Shown here: piece by piece, positions 18,367 to 28,559 of the stretch
How the letters are laid out: every line of letters starts with the position of its first letter
Numbering within the stretch: the stretch's first letter is position 1
Source of the DNA: an uncultured Candidatus Saccharibacteria bacterium
GTDB lineage: Bacteria; Patescibacteriota; Minisyncoccia; UBA6257; JAKLIH01
Direction: 5' to 3'
NCBI GenBank assembly: GCA_964520445.1
Contig: CAZFNU010000001.1
Coordinates: forward strand, 1 to 30,698
Length of the DNA: 30,698 nucleotides
Notes under the pieces: generated by a model
Told to the model about the DNA's origin: nothing
What the model saw: only the letters and a program-made list of their open reading frames with translations
The model's database searches: none
Translations under genes and position numbers: made by a program

Positions 18367-19144
18367 TGTTTTTATCCTGCTTATATATTCGTACCGATGT
18401 ATTACTATCCCTGTAAAATACTCCTTCATAATCTAATTGTTCACTCTGTTTAGCAGAAATCCAAGGAACATCCTTATGGGATAGTTCCGAGAGATCGCTA
18501 GCTGTCATATCTGATAATCTTTGTAGTTCTCAATCAATATGTTCTTGTTCTTGTCCGTTCAAAATACTAAGGTCTATTTTAGTTTCCGGATTAATCAGAT
18601 ATTTAGTTTGGGGGTACTCATAAAAACTACTTTTGATCTTTTCTATTTTTTTATCTTTGATTAGTTCATTTACTACATATTCAAATAAAGGAGGAGTAGG
18701 CCCATGATGGTTTTTAAAATATATTAAACCCATTAACTGCTGTTCATATTTTTCATAGTAATCAAAGTCAATAAAGTATAGTAATTTATATATTACGGTC
18801 ATTCCTACGTTTGGTTTCCCTCCTACCTTTTTTAAGATATAGAGTAAGATTTCTTTGAATTTTTCAACCTTTTCTTCCGGAACGCTAATTCTAGTATCTT
18901 CAGTTTTGTCTTCTTTTTTTTCTTTCTTTATTTCTTTAATACTAACCCCCTCTTTTTCTTGTAACAGATCAACAAGAAAGATATTAAAAAGATTAGCCAA
19001 CTTTTCAGCTTCAGCTATAGTAATATCGTGTTTTCCCATTTCTAATTGAATATATGTAGGCCTGGATATTCCTATCTTTGAGGCCACATATTCTTGGGAT
19101 CAGTTTTGTTTTTTTCTTAATTCTTGAATAAATTTGTAAAGCAT
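18359..19144 (-). CDS. XRE-HTH + Panacea (DUF4065/GepA-like) antitoxin (261 aa, table 4)
   Basis: LRKKQN-W(TGA 19102)-SQEYVASKIGISRPTY HTH; GMTVIYKLLYFIDF..HHGPTP; EHID-W(TGA 18532)-EL..LSELSHKDVPW..LDYEGVFYR; TAA 18359-18361. Confidence 0.9.
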
Positions 19145-19175
19145 AGATATTATTTAGTTTGTTTGATATATATCA

Positions 19176-19216
19176 ATATTAGCATAAGTCAAATTATTTG
19201 TCAATAGTTTTGTCAA
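19176..19216 (-). promoter_or_regulatory. sigma70 promoter with three 12-bp-spaced TTGAC boxes
   Basis: Minus strand TTGACA (19204-19199)-17-TAATAT (19181-19176). TTGAC occurs three times at 12-nt spacing, a possible autoregulatory operator. Confidence 0.6.
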
Positions 19217-19256
19217 TTATCTTTACATTATGGATTAAAGGTCTAATTAATGTGTC

Positions 19257-19286
19257 AATTATGTTCCTGGTCTTGGGCAATATACA
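19257..19286. repeat. Direct repeat copy 2 flanking the TA module
   Basis: aattatgttcctggtc-ttg-ggcaatataca. Confidence 0.75.
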
Positions 19287-19415
19287 AAAAGGCAAAAATT
19301 GGCGATTGCGAATATCAATAATCGCCAAAAAAGGGAATTTGTGTCAACCCAAATAGAAATGTCATGACTTCGTTCTAGCATTTTGTTCTAAAATATGCTA
19401 AACTGAAATCAATTA

Positions 19416-19486
19416 GGGCCTGTAGTTAAGTGGTATAATAGTACGTTCGCAATGTGCAGTCGCGAGTTCGATTCTCGCTAGGTCCA
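19416..19486 (+). tRNA. tRNA-Ala(CGC)
   Basis: GGGCCTG/TAGGTCC acceptor with the G3:U70 Ala determinant, loop ttCGCaa, GCGAG-TTCGATT-CTCGC T-arm; no encoded CCA. Confidence 0.92.
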
Positions 19487-19516
19487 CACCCCAATAAATT
19501 TCTTTTTCCCAAAAGC

Positions 19517-19545
19517 TTGACTTTTGTATCTTTATATGATAGATT
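19517..19545 (+). promoter_or_regulatory. sigma70-type promoter of the candidate sRNA
   Basis: TTGACT-17-TAGATT with extended TG. Confidence 0.55.
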
Positions 19546-19551
19546 AAAGAT

Positions 19552-19630
19552 ACTTAAGTAGCAATACTTAGGTTACATTAAATAGCAATATTTAATGGGG
19601 AAATAAACCAAGCAATTGGTTTGTTTTTTT
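19552..19630 (+). ncRNA. Candidate ~79-nt sRNA with three GCAA-capped hairpins
   Basis: Promoter, then CTTAAGTA-GCAA-TACTTAGG, CATTAAATA-GCAA-TATTTAATG, AAACCAA-GCAA-TTGGTTT and a T7 tail. Confidence 0.6.
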
Positions 19631-19668
19631 ATTTGTGTCTTTTTTATCAAAATCATACACTGATATCC

Positions 19669-19697
19669 TTGACTTAAGAATACTAGTATGCTATACT
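19669..19697 (+). promoter_or_regulatory. sigma70-type promoter
   Basis: TTGACT-17-TATACT with extended TG, upstream of the CAP/sortase operon. Confidence 0.7.
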
Positions 19698-19729
19698 AGA
19701 AGTAATAAAATATTTGAATTACAATTAAA

Positions 19730-20836
19730 ATGGCAACCTTTAATCATAAACCAAAAACCAAAATACCCCTATTTCTTCGTAACGGGTTTTTAGTCTTTAT
19801 TGTTTTTTTCTTCATTTTTTCCCGATTTATCATGGGATTAAATGTTTTAGTATTAAAGAATTTTCGTCTATTTGCGGATGTAACTATTCAAGATCTTTTA
19901 ACCTTAGTTAATCAAGAAAGACAAAGAGAAGGGTTAACCCCACTAGCCGAAAATACCAAATTAGACCAAGCAGCTTTTCTAAAAGCTCAGGACATGATTT
20001 CTAATGATTATTTCGCCCATTATAGTCCCCAAGGAACTTCTCCTTGATACTGGTTTGATCAAGCTGGGTACTATTATCAATATGCCGGAGAGAACTTAGC
20101 TATGAACTTTTTTGATTCACAAGAGGCAGTCACTGCCTGGATGAACTCGCCTTTACATCGAGAAAACATTCTAAATAAAAACTACACAGAAACTGGCATT
20201 GCTGTAATAAAAAGTAAAACTCCTAACAGTGATGAAGAAAAAATTATCTTAGTTCAAACCTTTGGTAGCCAACTTAAATCAAAACTAGCTTCTGTAAAGA
20301 CAGTTAGTACAACAAAACCAAGCCAAAAAGTCACTTCACGTACTACTACCACTACTATTAGAGAAACTACTACTACTTTAAACAATGTAACTACTACCAT
20401 ACCAACAGAAGTTTTAGGGTTAACAGAAAATAATACTAAATTACCACCATCTGATATACGGACTGAAAAAGAAGTAGTAGAGGTTATCAAACAAACCGTA
20501 ATTACTGATAAACAGCGAGAAGAATTAGGAAAATTAGAATTCCAAAGAACAGCTCTTTCTAACAATGTACCTGAAAAAACCTGATTCCAATATCATGCTA
20601 CTGCTATTTTTAATAACAATATTTTTAAGCTTATTAACCAGAGTTCCGGGGTTACTTTAATTTTCTTAAGTACAGTTGGTTTATTTAGTATTGGGAAATC
20701 TAGGGAATTTAGTTTTGGTACTAGAAAAATACTGTATACTCGTAATGCTATTTTAGGAGCCATGGGTGCTGGGTTTTTAATTATTCAACCAACAATCCTA
20801 TTCGGGAGTACTATTATTCCAAAAGTTTTAAAATAG
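19730..20836 (+). CDS. CAP/SCP-domain membrane protein (368 aa, table 4)
   Basis: N-terminal TM; VNQERQREGL..KAQDM..YFAH.SPQGTSP-W(TGA 20045)-YW(TGG)F..GY.YQYAGENLA..WMNSPLHRENIL; Thr linker; TGA 20582; C-terminal TMs; TAG 20834. Confidence 0.93.
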
Positions 20837-20840
20837 ACCT

Positions 20841-21536
20841 ATGTCTTTAAAAAAGATTTTAATTATTATTTTTGTCAGTCTTTTTACCATTACCTATGCT
20901 ATTTTTAATGGGGATGCCTTTCTGATGTTAGTAAAGTATAAATATCATGCCTTTATAAAATCATTTGCCTACGAAATGCGTCGCCCTTTAAATTTGAATT
21001 TTTTTTCATCAGTTACATCTCTTCCAGAAGTTACTTTATCAACCATTCTGTCTTTAGGATATCGCCTACCACAATTACCACAAGAAGCTTTAACCCAAAA
21101 TATTTTAGAATTACCAGAATTTAATATTCTGGCTCCTATTTTAGAACCAGAAAAAATTACTCTGCAGGAGATATATAAATTGTTACGACAAGGCGTTGTT
21201 CTTTTTCCCGGCTCTACTAAGCCCGGAGGGGATTATGGGATTATTATAGGGCATAGTTCTTCATATCCTTGAACTCCAGGGAGATATAAATCAGTTTTCT
21301 CTTTACTAAACGAATTATCCATAGGTGATACTTTCAATGTTTATTATAATCAAAAACCCTTAGTTTACAAAGTAACTGATAAAAAGGTTTTTCTTCCCTG
21401 GCCTAAAGGAAACGATAGTACTGAAACCATTTTTCCTCCAGAAACAGGGAAAAAGATATTGATTTTACAAAGTTGCTGACCTGTAGGGGTTAATTACAAG
21501 CGTGTTGCCGTTAAGGCCGAGTTAATTGCCGAGTAA
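20841..21536 (+). CDS. Sortase-family protein (231 aa, table 4)
   Basis: N-terminal TM; IIGHSSSYP-W(TGA 21270); LILQSC-W(TGA 21477)-PVGVNYKRVAV giving the His/Cys/Arg triad; TAA 21534. Confidence 0.9.
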
Positions 21537-21549
21537 TCCACAGGTAGAC

Positions 21550-21578
21550 TTGCTTTTTTTAAAAAAATATACTATACT
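21550..21578 (+). promoter_or_regulatory. sigma70-type promoter
   Basis: TTGCTT-17-TATACT with a T7A7 run. Confidence 0.6.
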
Positions 21579-21631
21579 TTAGGTAGTAATTTAAGTAATA
21601 AAGGTATATAAAAATAATTTAAAAAATAGCC

Positions 21632-24600
21632 ATGAAAAAAAGAATTCTTTTGGTTTTAGCAGTTACCTTAATTTTTGGAGTATTAATCACCAATACTCAA
21701 GCTGCTATCGCTTCTCAGAATCAAAATATCTGAGAACTAATGGCCTCTCGTTTAAAAGAAGTATTTTTCCCATCCCAATATTCTGCTTTTACCCAGGATG
21801 CCTTAACTAACCCCTTTACTCAACTCAATACTGGTCTTCCTGATCTCTCAGTGAATACCAGTGGTTTTAACTGTGTAAACTATACCTGTGTTAAAGTTTC
21901 TTCTAATGCTAAGTATACCACAGAAACAGACTGTAAGAAGGTCTGTAAAACACCCAGTGTGAGTATCATGACAGCTCCATCTGGGTCTGTGAGTCTTACT
22001 GTTCCTCCTACTACCAAAGCAACTACTAATATGAGTACTATGACAGCACCTTCAGGGTTTACTAATCTTTCAGCTCCCCCAACAACTAAATCTAGTAGTC
22101 TTCCCCAGGTAAAGATTGATTCTAATACTACTCCTATGAGTATTCAAATTCCGAGTATTAATCTTACTCCTAATATTTCAACTATTCCAAGCAGTGATAA
22201 TCTCAATACCTTTAATATGACTAACCCTGGGTTACAAATACAGCCACAAGTAGAAGTACCGGCTGTACAAAGCACTACTATTGGTGGGCTTTGAACTGAT
22301 TTTTTAAAGAGTATGAAAGATATCTTTGCCATACCTTCTACTAATCTTGCAGTACCGCAGAACATGACAGATACTTCTTTACAAGACACAATTTTTCCAA
22401 CAGGAGACAAACAAGAAGAGGGTACTGATTGTAAAATTATTTCCATAACTATTAGCCCGAAAAAATCATTATATGAAATAGGGGATACTATTAAAGGAAC
22501 AGTAAAATCATCTTGTGCAACAGGTGCTAAAGTAAATAAATATACCATTGAATTTATTCCAGAAAAGGGTAAAAAAGGAGGAGGCATAAGTACTACTAGT
22601 ATTTCGGGTACTTTTGAAGTCAGATACGATGTTACTTTAATGTCTATGCTCGCTAAAGCAGGACAATCAGGTAAAACAAAATTAAAAATTATGGCTTCGG
22701 CAATTTACGATAGTCCCACAGGAGCAACTAGTACTACTAGTTCGATGGAGATATATGTTACGGTTAATGCCGGGAGCACAACAGAAAACGGTACCGAAAC
22801 AGGTGGCGAAACAATTAAATTTAAAACCGATCCAACAGCAGAATACAAAGATCAAAACGGGAAAATTAAACTAACTATTATTAGTAAGCCAGCTGATCTT
22901 ACTAGCTGTGGTTATACTTTGGAAGCTGATTATCGCAACAAGGGCTATGAATATAAAAATGAAGGAGTAGAGATCAAGGGTTGTTCTGGTAGTATTGATA
23001 TCCCAATAAGTAAAGCTAATAAAATTAAATTAAGTTTAACAGGGTCTGTAGTCAAAGGTAACGATATGACTATTTATAAATCTGACCCAACATCTATTGA
23101 GCTTAAATACAACCCCGAGGCTAAAGAAGCCCCCAAGACTGATATTGATAACAGTTGTACTTTGGAAATAACTAAAATGGAACCCAATTCCAATAGAATT
23201 ACCGTAACTAATCAACAAACACAAGATATCAAGGTGAGTTTTAAATTAAAATGTTCCGATTATACCAAGATCGATGTTAAGCCTACTAAAGTGAGTGCTT
23301 ACATTGATATCCATCAAGGTCCAACAATCAATGACAAACGATCTGTAGAATGTGGTTCCCAAACTTTGGACGGTAAAACAATATATAAACAAGGAACAGA
23401 ATATTCTTTTACCTGTTCTGCTAAAACATTGGCTACGTTGCCTAATGATGCTAGTGCCAAATATTTAATGGTAGACATGTATTATATGACTGATTTGGAA
23501 ACTGGTATAGAGCATGGTACTCGTGAAGCAAGGTTCATTTCTACTCAAGATCGAGCTATAGTGACCGATCAAAAAACCGGTGACGGTACAGGAAAAGTAA
23601 CACCAAAAGAAATTATCACACTTGAAGTAGACCCAATAATAGCAGCAGAGAAAGAAACTTTGAATATGAAAGTTAGTAGTACTACTAATCTGTCAGACGA
23701 GGAAGAAAAGACTACAAAGTGTATGATTTATTGGAAAAACTCAGAGGGTAAAGAAGGGTCATTTATTTCAGATTATGAATATTTTGCTCTCATTGCTACA
23801 GGCAAATTTACTGCCCAAAAAGATAGTGCTGGTAAAACATATATTCAAGTTCGCTGTGCAGACGGTAAAACACCAACAAAATATTTCAGTAATACTGTTA
23901 CTGTAAGTTTAAAAACCGTGAAAAAAACAACAGAGACAACAACAGAACCAAAAACTGAGACAAGCAAAAAATATGGCAATCTCAGCTTCATCTCTAATTT
24001 AATAGTAAAAACTATTTTGACAAAAATAGAAAGCAGTAAAGAAATAACTATTTTAGCCGCAGGTAATAATACAATTGAGAATAAAAAACTAGAAACTGGC
24101 ACTTATGTTATTTATTCAAGTGTTCCTAGTGGATATGCAAAACCAGCAGGTTGGAATAACTCTGTTGATTATCCAGGATATATTTGGCAAAAATTTGAAT
24201 TAACAGAAGCTGGTAAAGTTATTAAGATAAGTTGGTCTAAGAGTAGTTCAGTCTCTACAGGAGAAACACAAGGATTCTCTGCTACTTGTACTGCTTCTCC
24301 AGAAACGGTTGAGGTAGGAAAAAGTGTTACTTTCAAAGTAAGTGTTAGTAACGGCAAATCTCCGTATACTTATGAATGGAAAGATTTTTCGGGTAATAAA
24401 TATACAAACAATACCGACACCTATAAAATTACAGCAAACCCAGAATTGCCAAGCCCATTACCTTTTACTGTGACAGTTACAGACGCCCAGAAGAATAAAA
24501 CCCAAGTATTGTGTGACGCAAAAATAGTTTCAACGGGATCAACAATAGGAGATAGGGCGCCGGGATTATGTGATGCCACAGCATCAGTTAGTAAGTATAA

Positions 24601-25657
24601 TTTTGACGCCAATGAGCCAATAACAGGTACAATGAAACTTAGCTCTAAGAATACAGATACTGATAAAATTCAAAGAACGATAAACGTCTATCTAATAGCT
24701 GACGGTATTTGAAGCAAACCCTTGTTATTAGCAAGTACTTTCGTTTATGACACTAATACGCCAAACGGACCATTTAATTTTTCTAAATATATTCCAGACG
24801 ATATCAATCCTTTTGTTATCAGCCACAGAGAAGGACTCATTAATGCCATCAAAAAGACCACTAATAAAAAAGTTAATTTAATACTTAAAGTAGTAGTAGA
24901 GGCATTCCCATTTGATGATCTAACCGGTTGGAGTGCGAGAACTATTTGCAAGGAAGAAAAAGTATTCACCCTTACTCTTACTGACAAACGAATTGCGCCC
25001 ACAACCACTGCGATTAAAGTACACTTCCAAACAAATGTTCAGGGAACAAATATTGAATTATTAAATACTTCCAATAATTCGGTAGTAAATTCATGTATTG
25101 CTTCTGGAATAGACGCAGCACCCGGTATGCCATCGAGATGAGCATGTGATTTATACGCTGAAGCTGGAACATATAAGCTGAAAGGCTCAGCAGCAAATAT
25201 GGCAGACACTAGTAAAAATATAACGATAAGTAAAAACAGCAATCTCTTTTTTATAGAGCTGTCTAGCAAGTCAACCACATCTTCGTCTTCTGCAGGGACA
25301 AGTATAAAGACTGGGTTTAATTTTGTCTGTACTAACTGTAGCTCTAGAAACGCATCTTTGATTCTTATGAGAGGTTCGGATAACGGATTTTCAGGTTATG
25401 CTTATACAGACATAGATCAGAAAAAATATATTGGTAAGCTTGGTTCAGGAAATATAGGGATACCGGCAGGAAGATATATAATAAGGGTTGTGTTGAACGA
25501 AGAAGATTTTTTTGAAGTGGCATATAATAAATTTGCTGATATTTATCAGTCGCAGAATGATGATGGTCGTTATTATCTTCAGTTGTACTTTACTGTTTCT
25601 AAAAATATGATAACCCAACTAGGGACGGGATCGGTTAGGACTAGATCACAGCCATAA
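21632..25657 (+). CDS. Large secreted Cys-containing multi-Ig/PKD-like protein (1341 aa, table 4)
   Basis: Signal peptide at 21632; four TGA (21731, 22292, 24710, 25139) join five in-frame segments; Cys-rich module CVNYTCV..DCKKVC; Ser/Thr/Pro linker; PKD-like VSNGKSPYTYEW..FTVTVTDA; TAA 25655-25657. Confidence 0.88.
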
Positions 25658-25677
25658 TAAGAAATAAATACACTTTT

Positions 25678-25709
25678 CCGTCGAAGACAATGGTTTTTGA
25701 CGGTTTTTT
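25678..25709 (+). terminator. Intrinsic terminator
   Basis: CCGTCGAAGAC/GTTTTTGACGG stem (with G-U pairs) plus T6. Confidence 0.6.
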
Positions 25710-25736
25710 GATTTTATTACCCAAATATGGTAAACT
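25708..25736 (+). promoter_or_regulatory. sigma70-type promoter
   Basis: TTGATT-17-TAAACT with extended TG. Confidence 0.55.
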
Positions 25737-25760
25737 AAAGATATATATTAAACAAATTCA

Positions 25761-26810
25761 ATGAATCAAAGTAATCGTTTATCTTGAATTGATATTTGTC
25801 GTGGTCTAGGTATAATATTAATTATTTTAAGTCATACACCTATTACCAGGAATCTAATAGGATATAACTATTCCTTTCAATTAGGTATATTTTTCTTTTT
25901 TGCCGGGTATCTATTCAATTTTAAAAAATATGTTAATTTTAAAGAATTTTTTAAATCCCGAGTTAAAGGAATTTTATTCCCCTATATCTTTCTTTCTTTA
26001 ATTTCTATGATTTTCTATTTCTTTTATTACCATGTCCCATTATATAGTGGAGGCACTTTTAAAGACATGATATCTGTTTTTCTTTTTGGAGCTAGAAATA
26101 CTATTTTTTATAATATTCCTTTATGGTTTTTACCAACCCTGTTTTTAATGGAGAATTTTTATTATTTATTAAAAAGATATTGGAAAAAAGATTTTATTAT
26201 CTTACCATCAATTCTTTATCTTAGTTGTTTATGTTTTGCCTCTTTTAATGCTTTGAATAAAACTAATGTTTTTTGAACCTGAACTGCTGGGGGATATTAT
26301 TTAATCTATTTCGCTATTGGGAATTTTATCAGAGAACATCAGATTGAAATAAAAAATAAAATGATTCTATGGGGGTTATTCTTAGTTGCTTTAGGTGTTA
26401 ATTTGTCCATGTATTGTTATCCCCATATCTATTTTTCTATCTTAGATTCCCAGACTCTATCTCTAGTTGGTTTAAAACTATATTTTACCGCTATTTTAAT
26501 TATGTTAGCTGGCACCTATGCATATATCAATATTTCTAAGTTTTTATCCTGGAAATTTAAACATATTTACCTATTAGAATATTTGGGCAAGAATTCCTTA
26601 ATTTTCTTTGGGTTGCATGTTCCCGTTATGTGGTTAATTAGATCTTTATTTAATAGCTTGCATATTCAAATAACCCAAAGATTTAACCTAGAGGGGATAG
26701 TTTATACTACTTTAATAATTTTGATTCTTTGACCTATTAGTTATTTTATTAATAGATGGAGTCCTTGAATTCTTGGGAAGGCACCCCAGCGTCTTCAAGT
26801 AATCAAGTAA
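25761..26810 (+). CDS. Acyltransferase-3 family (OafA-like) membrane O-acyltransferase (349 aa, table 4)
   Basis: RLS-W(TGA 25785)-IDICRGLGIILIILSH, FFFFAGYLF, PLWFLPTLF, YLGKNSLIFFGLH, C-terminal P-W(TGA)-ILGK; five TGA in total; TAA 26808. Confidence 0.92.
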
Positions 26811-26874
26811 ATGTTTGTCCCCTTGAATTTCAAGTAAAAATTTGATAGAGTAATAACATAATGAATTATATAAT

Positions 26875-26946
26875 TCCGCGGTAGTTGAGTGGTACAACGC
26901 CTCCCTGTTAAGGAGGATTTCGCAGGTTCGAGTCCTGCCCGCGGAG
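26875..26946 (+). tRNA. tRNA-Asn(GTT), probable integration site
   Basis: TCCGCGG/CCGCGGA acceptor, CCTCC-ctGTTaa-GGAGG anticodon arm, GCAGG-TTCGAGT-CCTGC T-arm. Confidence 0.95.
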
Positions 26947-28410
26947 CATTGTAGGACAGTTGTTAAATTTGAGCATAGTATTAAACGGTTCTCGTACCGT
27001 GAATACTAGCTCTTTTTCTTTTAACTGAAGGTTCTGAAGTACGAAACTTAGAAGTTGCTTTTTCTCTTCCACTTCAGAACTTTCAAATATTTCTCTAGCT
27101 CTCTTAGCTAAATTAAGCACCAAACTAGCGGTTATATAGAAATTTTCATCTGCATTGGTGTGTCTCGACATTTCTTCTTGTATATCTGCTTGTTTATTTT
27201 TTCATTCTTTTAATTTAGCATTAAATACATCAGGAGGGATCTGTCCGTCAGCTAATAAATTAAAAGCATTGCTTATTCTGGTATCTATTTGGCTATACTC
27301 CTTTTGTAAATTGTCTAAAGCTAATTGATGAAATTTATTTTTAGATTCATTAGTACTCTTTAAGTTTTCTGTTATTTTATTTATTTGATCATCCGTGAAT
27401 TTCATATTATCTAAAACATTATATATCGGAGTCAAAAGATCTTCTTCTTTACAGTACAATACTTTCTTATGAAGTCTCCTATAATTTGTACAATGATAAT
27501 AATGATGACCCTTAGAAGTTTCAGGAGTTATCATACAGCCACATTCTGAACAGGTGATCATTCCTCTGAAAATATATGGTTTGGCTGCATAATGAAAGGG
27601 TTTCTTGTGATAACCTAATGATACGGCTTGGCATCTATTAAACAAATCTTTACTAATTAAGGGCTCATATTTATGAGGGTATAATTGATCTTTAATTTTC
27701 ATAACTCCATAATAAAACGGGTTATTAATTATTTTGTGTATCATACTCTTGGGTAAGGGATTATGTACTTCGGTATTTCCAGTTAGTCCCATAGTTTCCA
27801 TTTCTTTTGTAATATCTAATAATGAATAATTCCCCGTAGCATACATTTCAAATATTCTAATGATATATGATGCTCTTTCTGGATCTGGAATTACATCTTT
27901 ATCTTCGTTTTTTGTGCTTATATAGCCAATAGGGGACTTTCCAATTCATTCTCCATTTTTAATTTTATTTTCATAAGCCCTTTTAACACTATCACTAATA
28001 GAATCTGAATAATATTTAGCCAAGCTTACACCTATAGTAAACCTAAATAAATCAGTAGCAGGTGAGTCTTTAGTTAATATTATATTATCTGAAGGGAAAT
28101 GAAGCTCTATTTTGCCCTCTTTCCTTAATTCTTCCAATGTAACTAATTCTTTTGTAAAATTTCTTATCAATCTATCAATTTTATCGCAACATAAGGAAAG
28201 AGGCTCTTTAGAAGTTTTTAATGTTTCCACAACTTTGCTAAATTCTTCCCGTTCTGTTTTGAAAGCACTTTCATCGAAACTTAACTCTTTTGCAATAACG
28301 AGATTCTTTTCTATGGCATATTTTCTTAATCTTAATACTTGAGCTGGCAAAGAATTTCCCGCTTCTTTTTGTTCTTCAGTTGAAACTCTTGCCAATAGTA
28401 TAGCTTTCAT
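26908..28410 (-). CDS. Large serine recombinase (resolvase + recombinase + Zn-ribbon; 500 aa, table 4)
   Basis: MKAILLARVSTEEQ..SLPAQ catalytic Ser motif; KIDRLIRN; NGE-W(TGA 27948)-IGKSPIGY; NNPFYYG; CSECGC..YYHC Zn ribbon; second TGA 27204; ends LRGQDSNLRNPP* antisense to tRNA-Asn. Confidence 0.93.
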
Positions 28411-28436
28411 ATTTTTAATTTAGTATTTTAATTAAA

Positions 28437-28554
28437 AGGACAGCCCTGCTGTTGAATAGAGACACCTGGTCCAAAAAGAATCAGACATCGCTAAACAGGA
28501 CTGCCCTTTTAATAGGGCGATGCCAATTATTCTTGAACCAATCTCTATTCAACA
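28437..28554 (-). ncRNA. Structured 5' leader of the recombinase (long hairpin plus putative pseudoknot)
   Basis: 13-bp perfect outer stem extended by two further helices. A loop segment can pair over 11 bp with a segment 3' of the hairpin. All non-WC pairs but one are G-U on the minus strand only. Confidence 0.65.
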
Positions 28555-28559
28555 TTTTG

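Noticed and set aside
17992-18429. Track start at 18429 for the toxin
   Set aside because: It would overlap the extended antitoxin by 70 nt. ATG 18366, coupled to the antitoxin stop, is more plausible.
19299-19328. TTGGCGATT/AATCGCCAA hairpin upstream of tRNA-Ala
   Set aside because: Looks like an ordinary minus-strand terminator or insulator; no further structure or associated gene.
940-25278. Antisense/alternate-frame ORFs in the track (e.g. 940-1293, 1701-2075, 5759-6025, 6345-6605, 8376-8615, 8775-9386, 10451-10975, 13437-13748, 14090-14368, 15452-15772, 20254-20565, 22144-22587, 23845-24102, 25039-25278)
   Set aside because: They are shadows of better-supported genes on the opposite strand or frame, with no motifs or start context.
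2489-28410. Apparent mass pseudogenisation (many genes broken into same-frame fragments in the ORF track)
   Set aside because: All breaks are TGA, never TAA/TAG or frameshifts, and they sit at conserved Trp sites. Recoding explains them.
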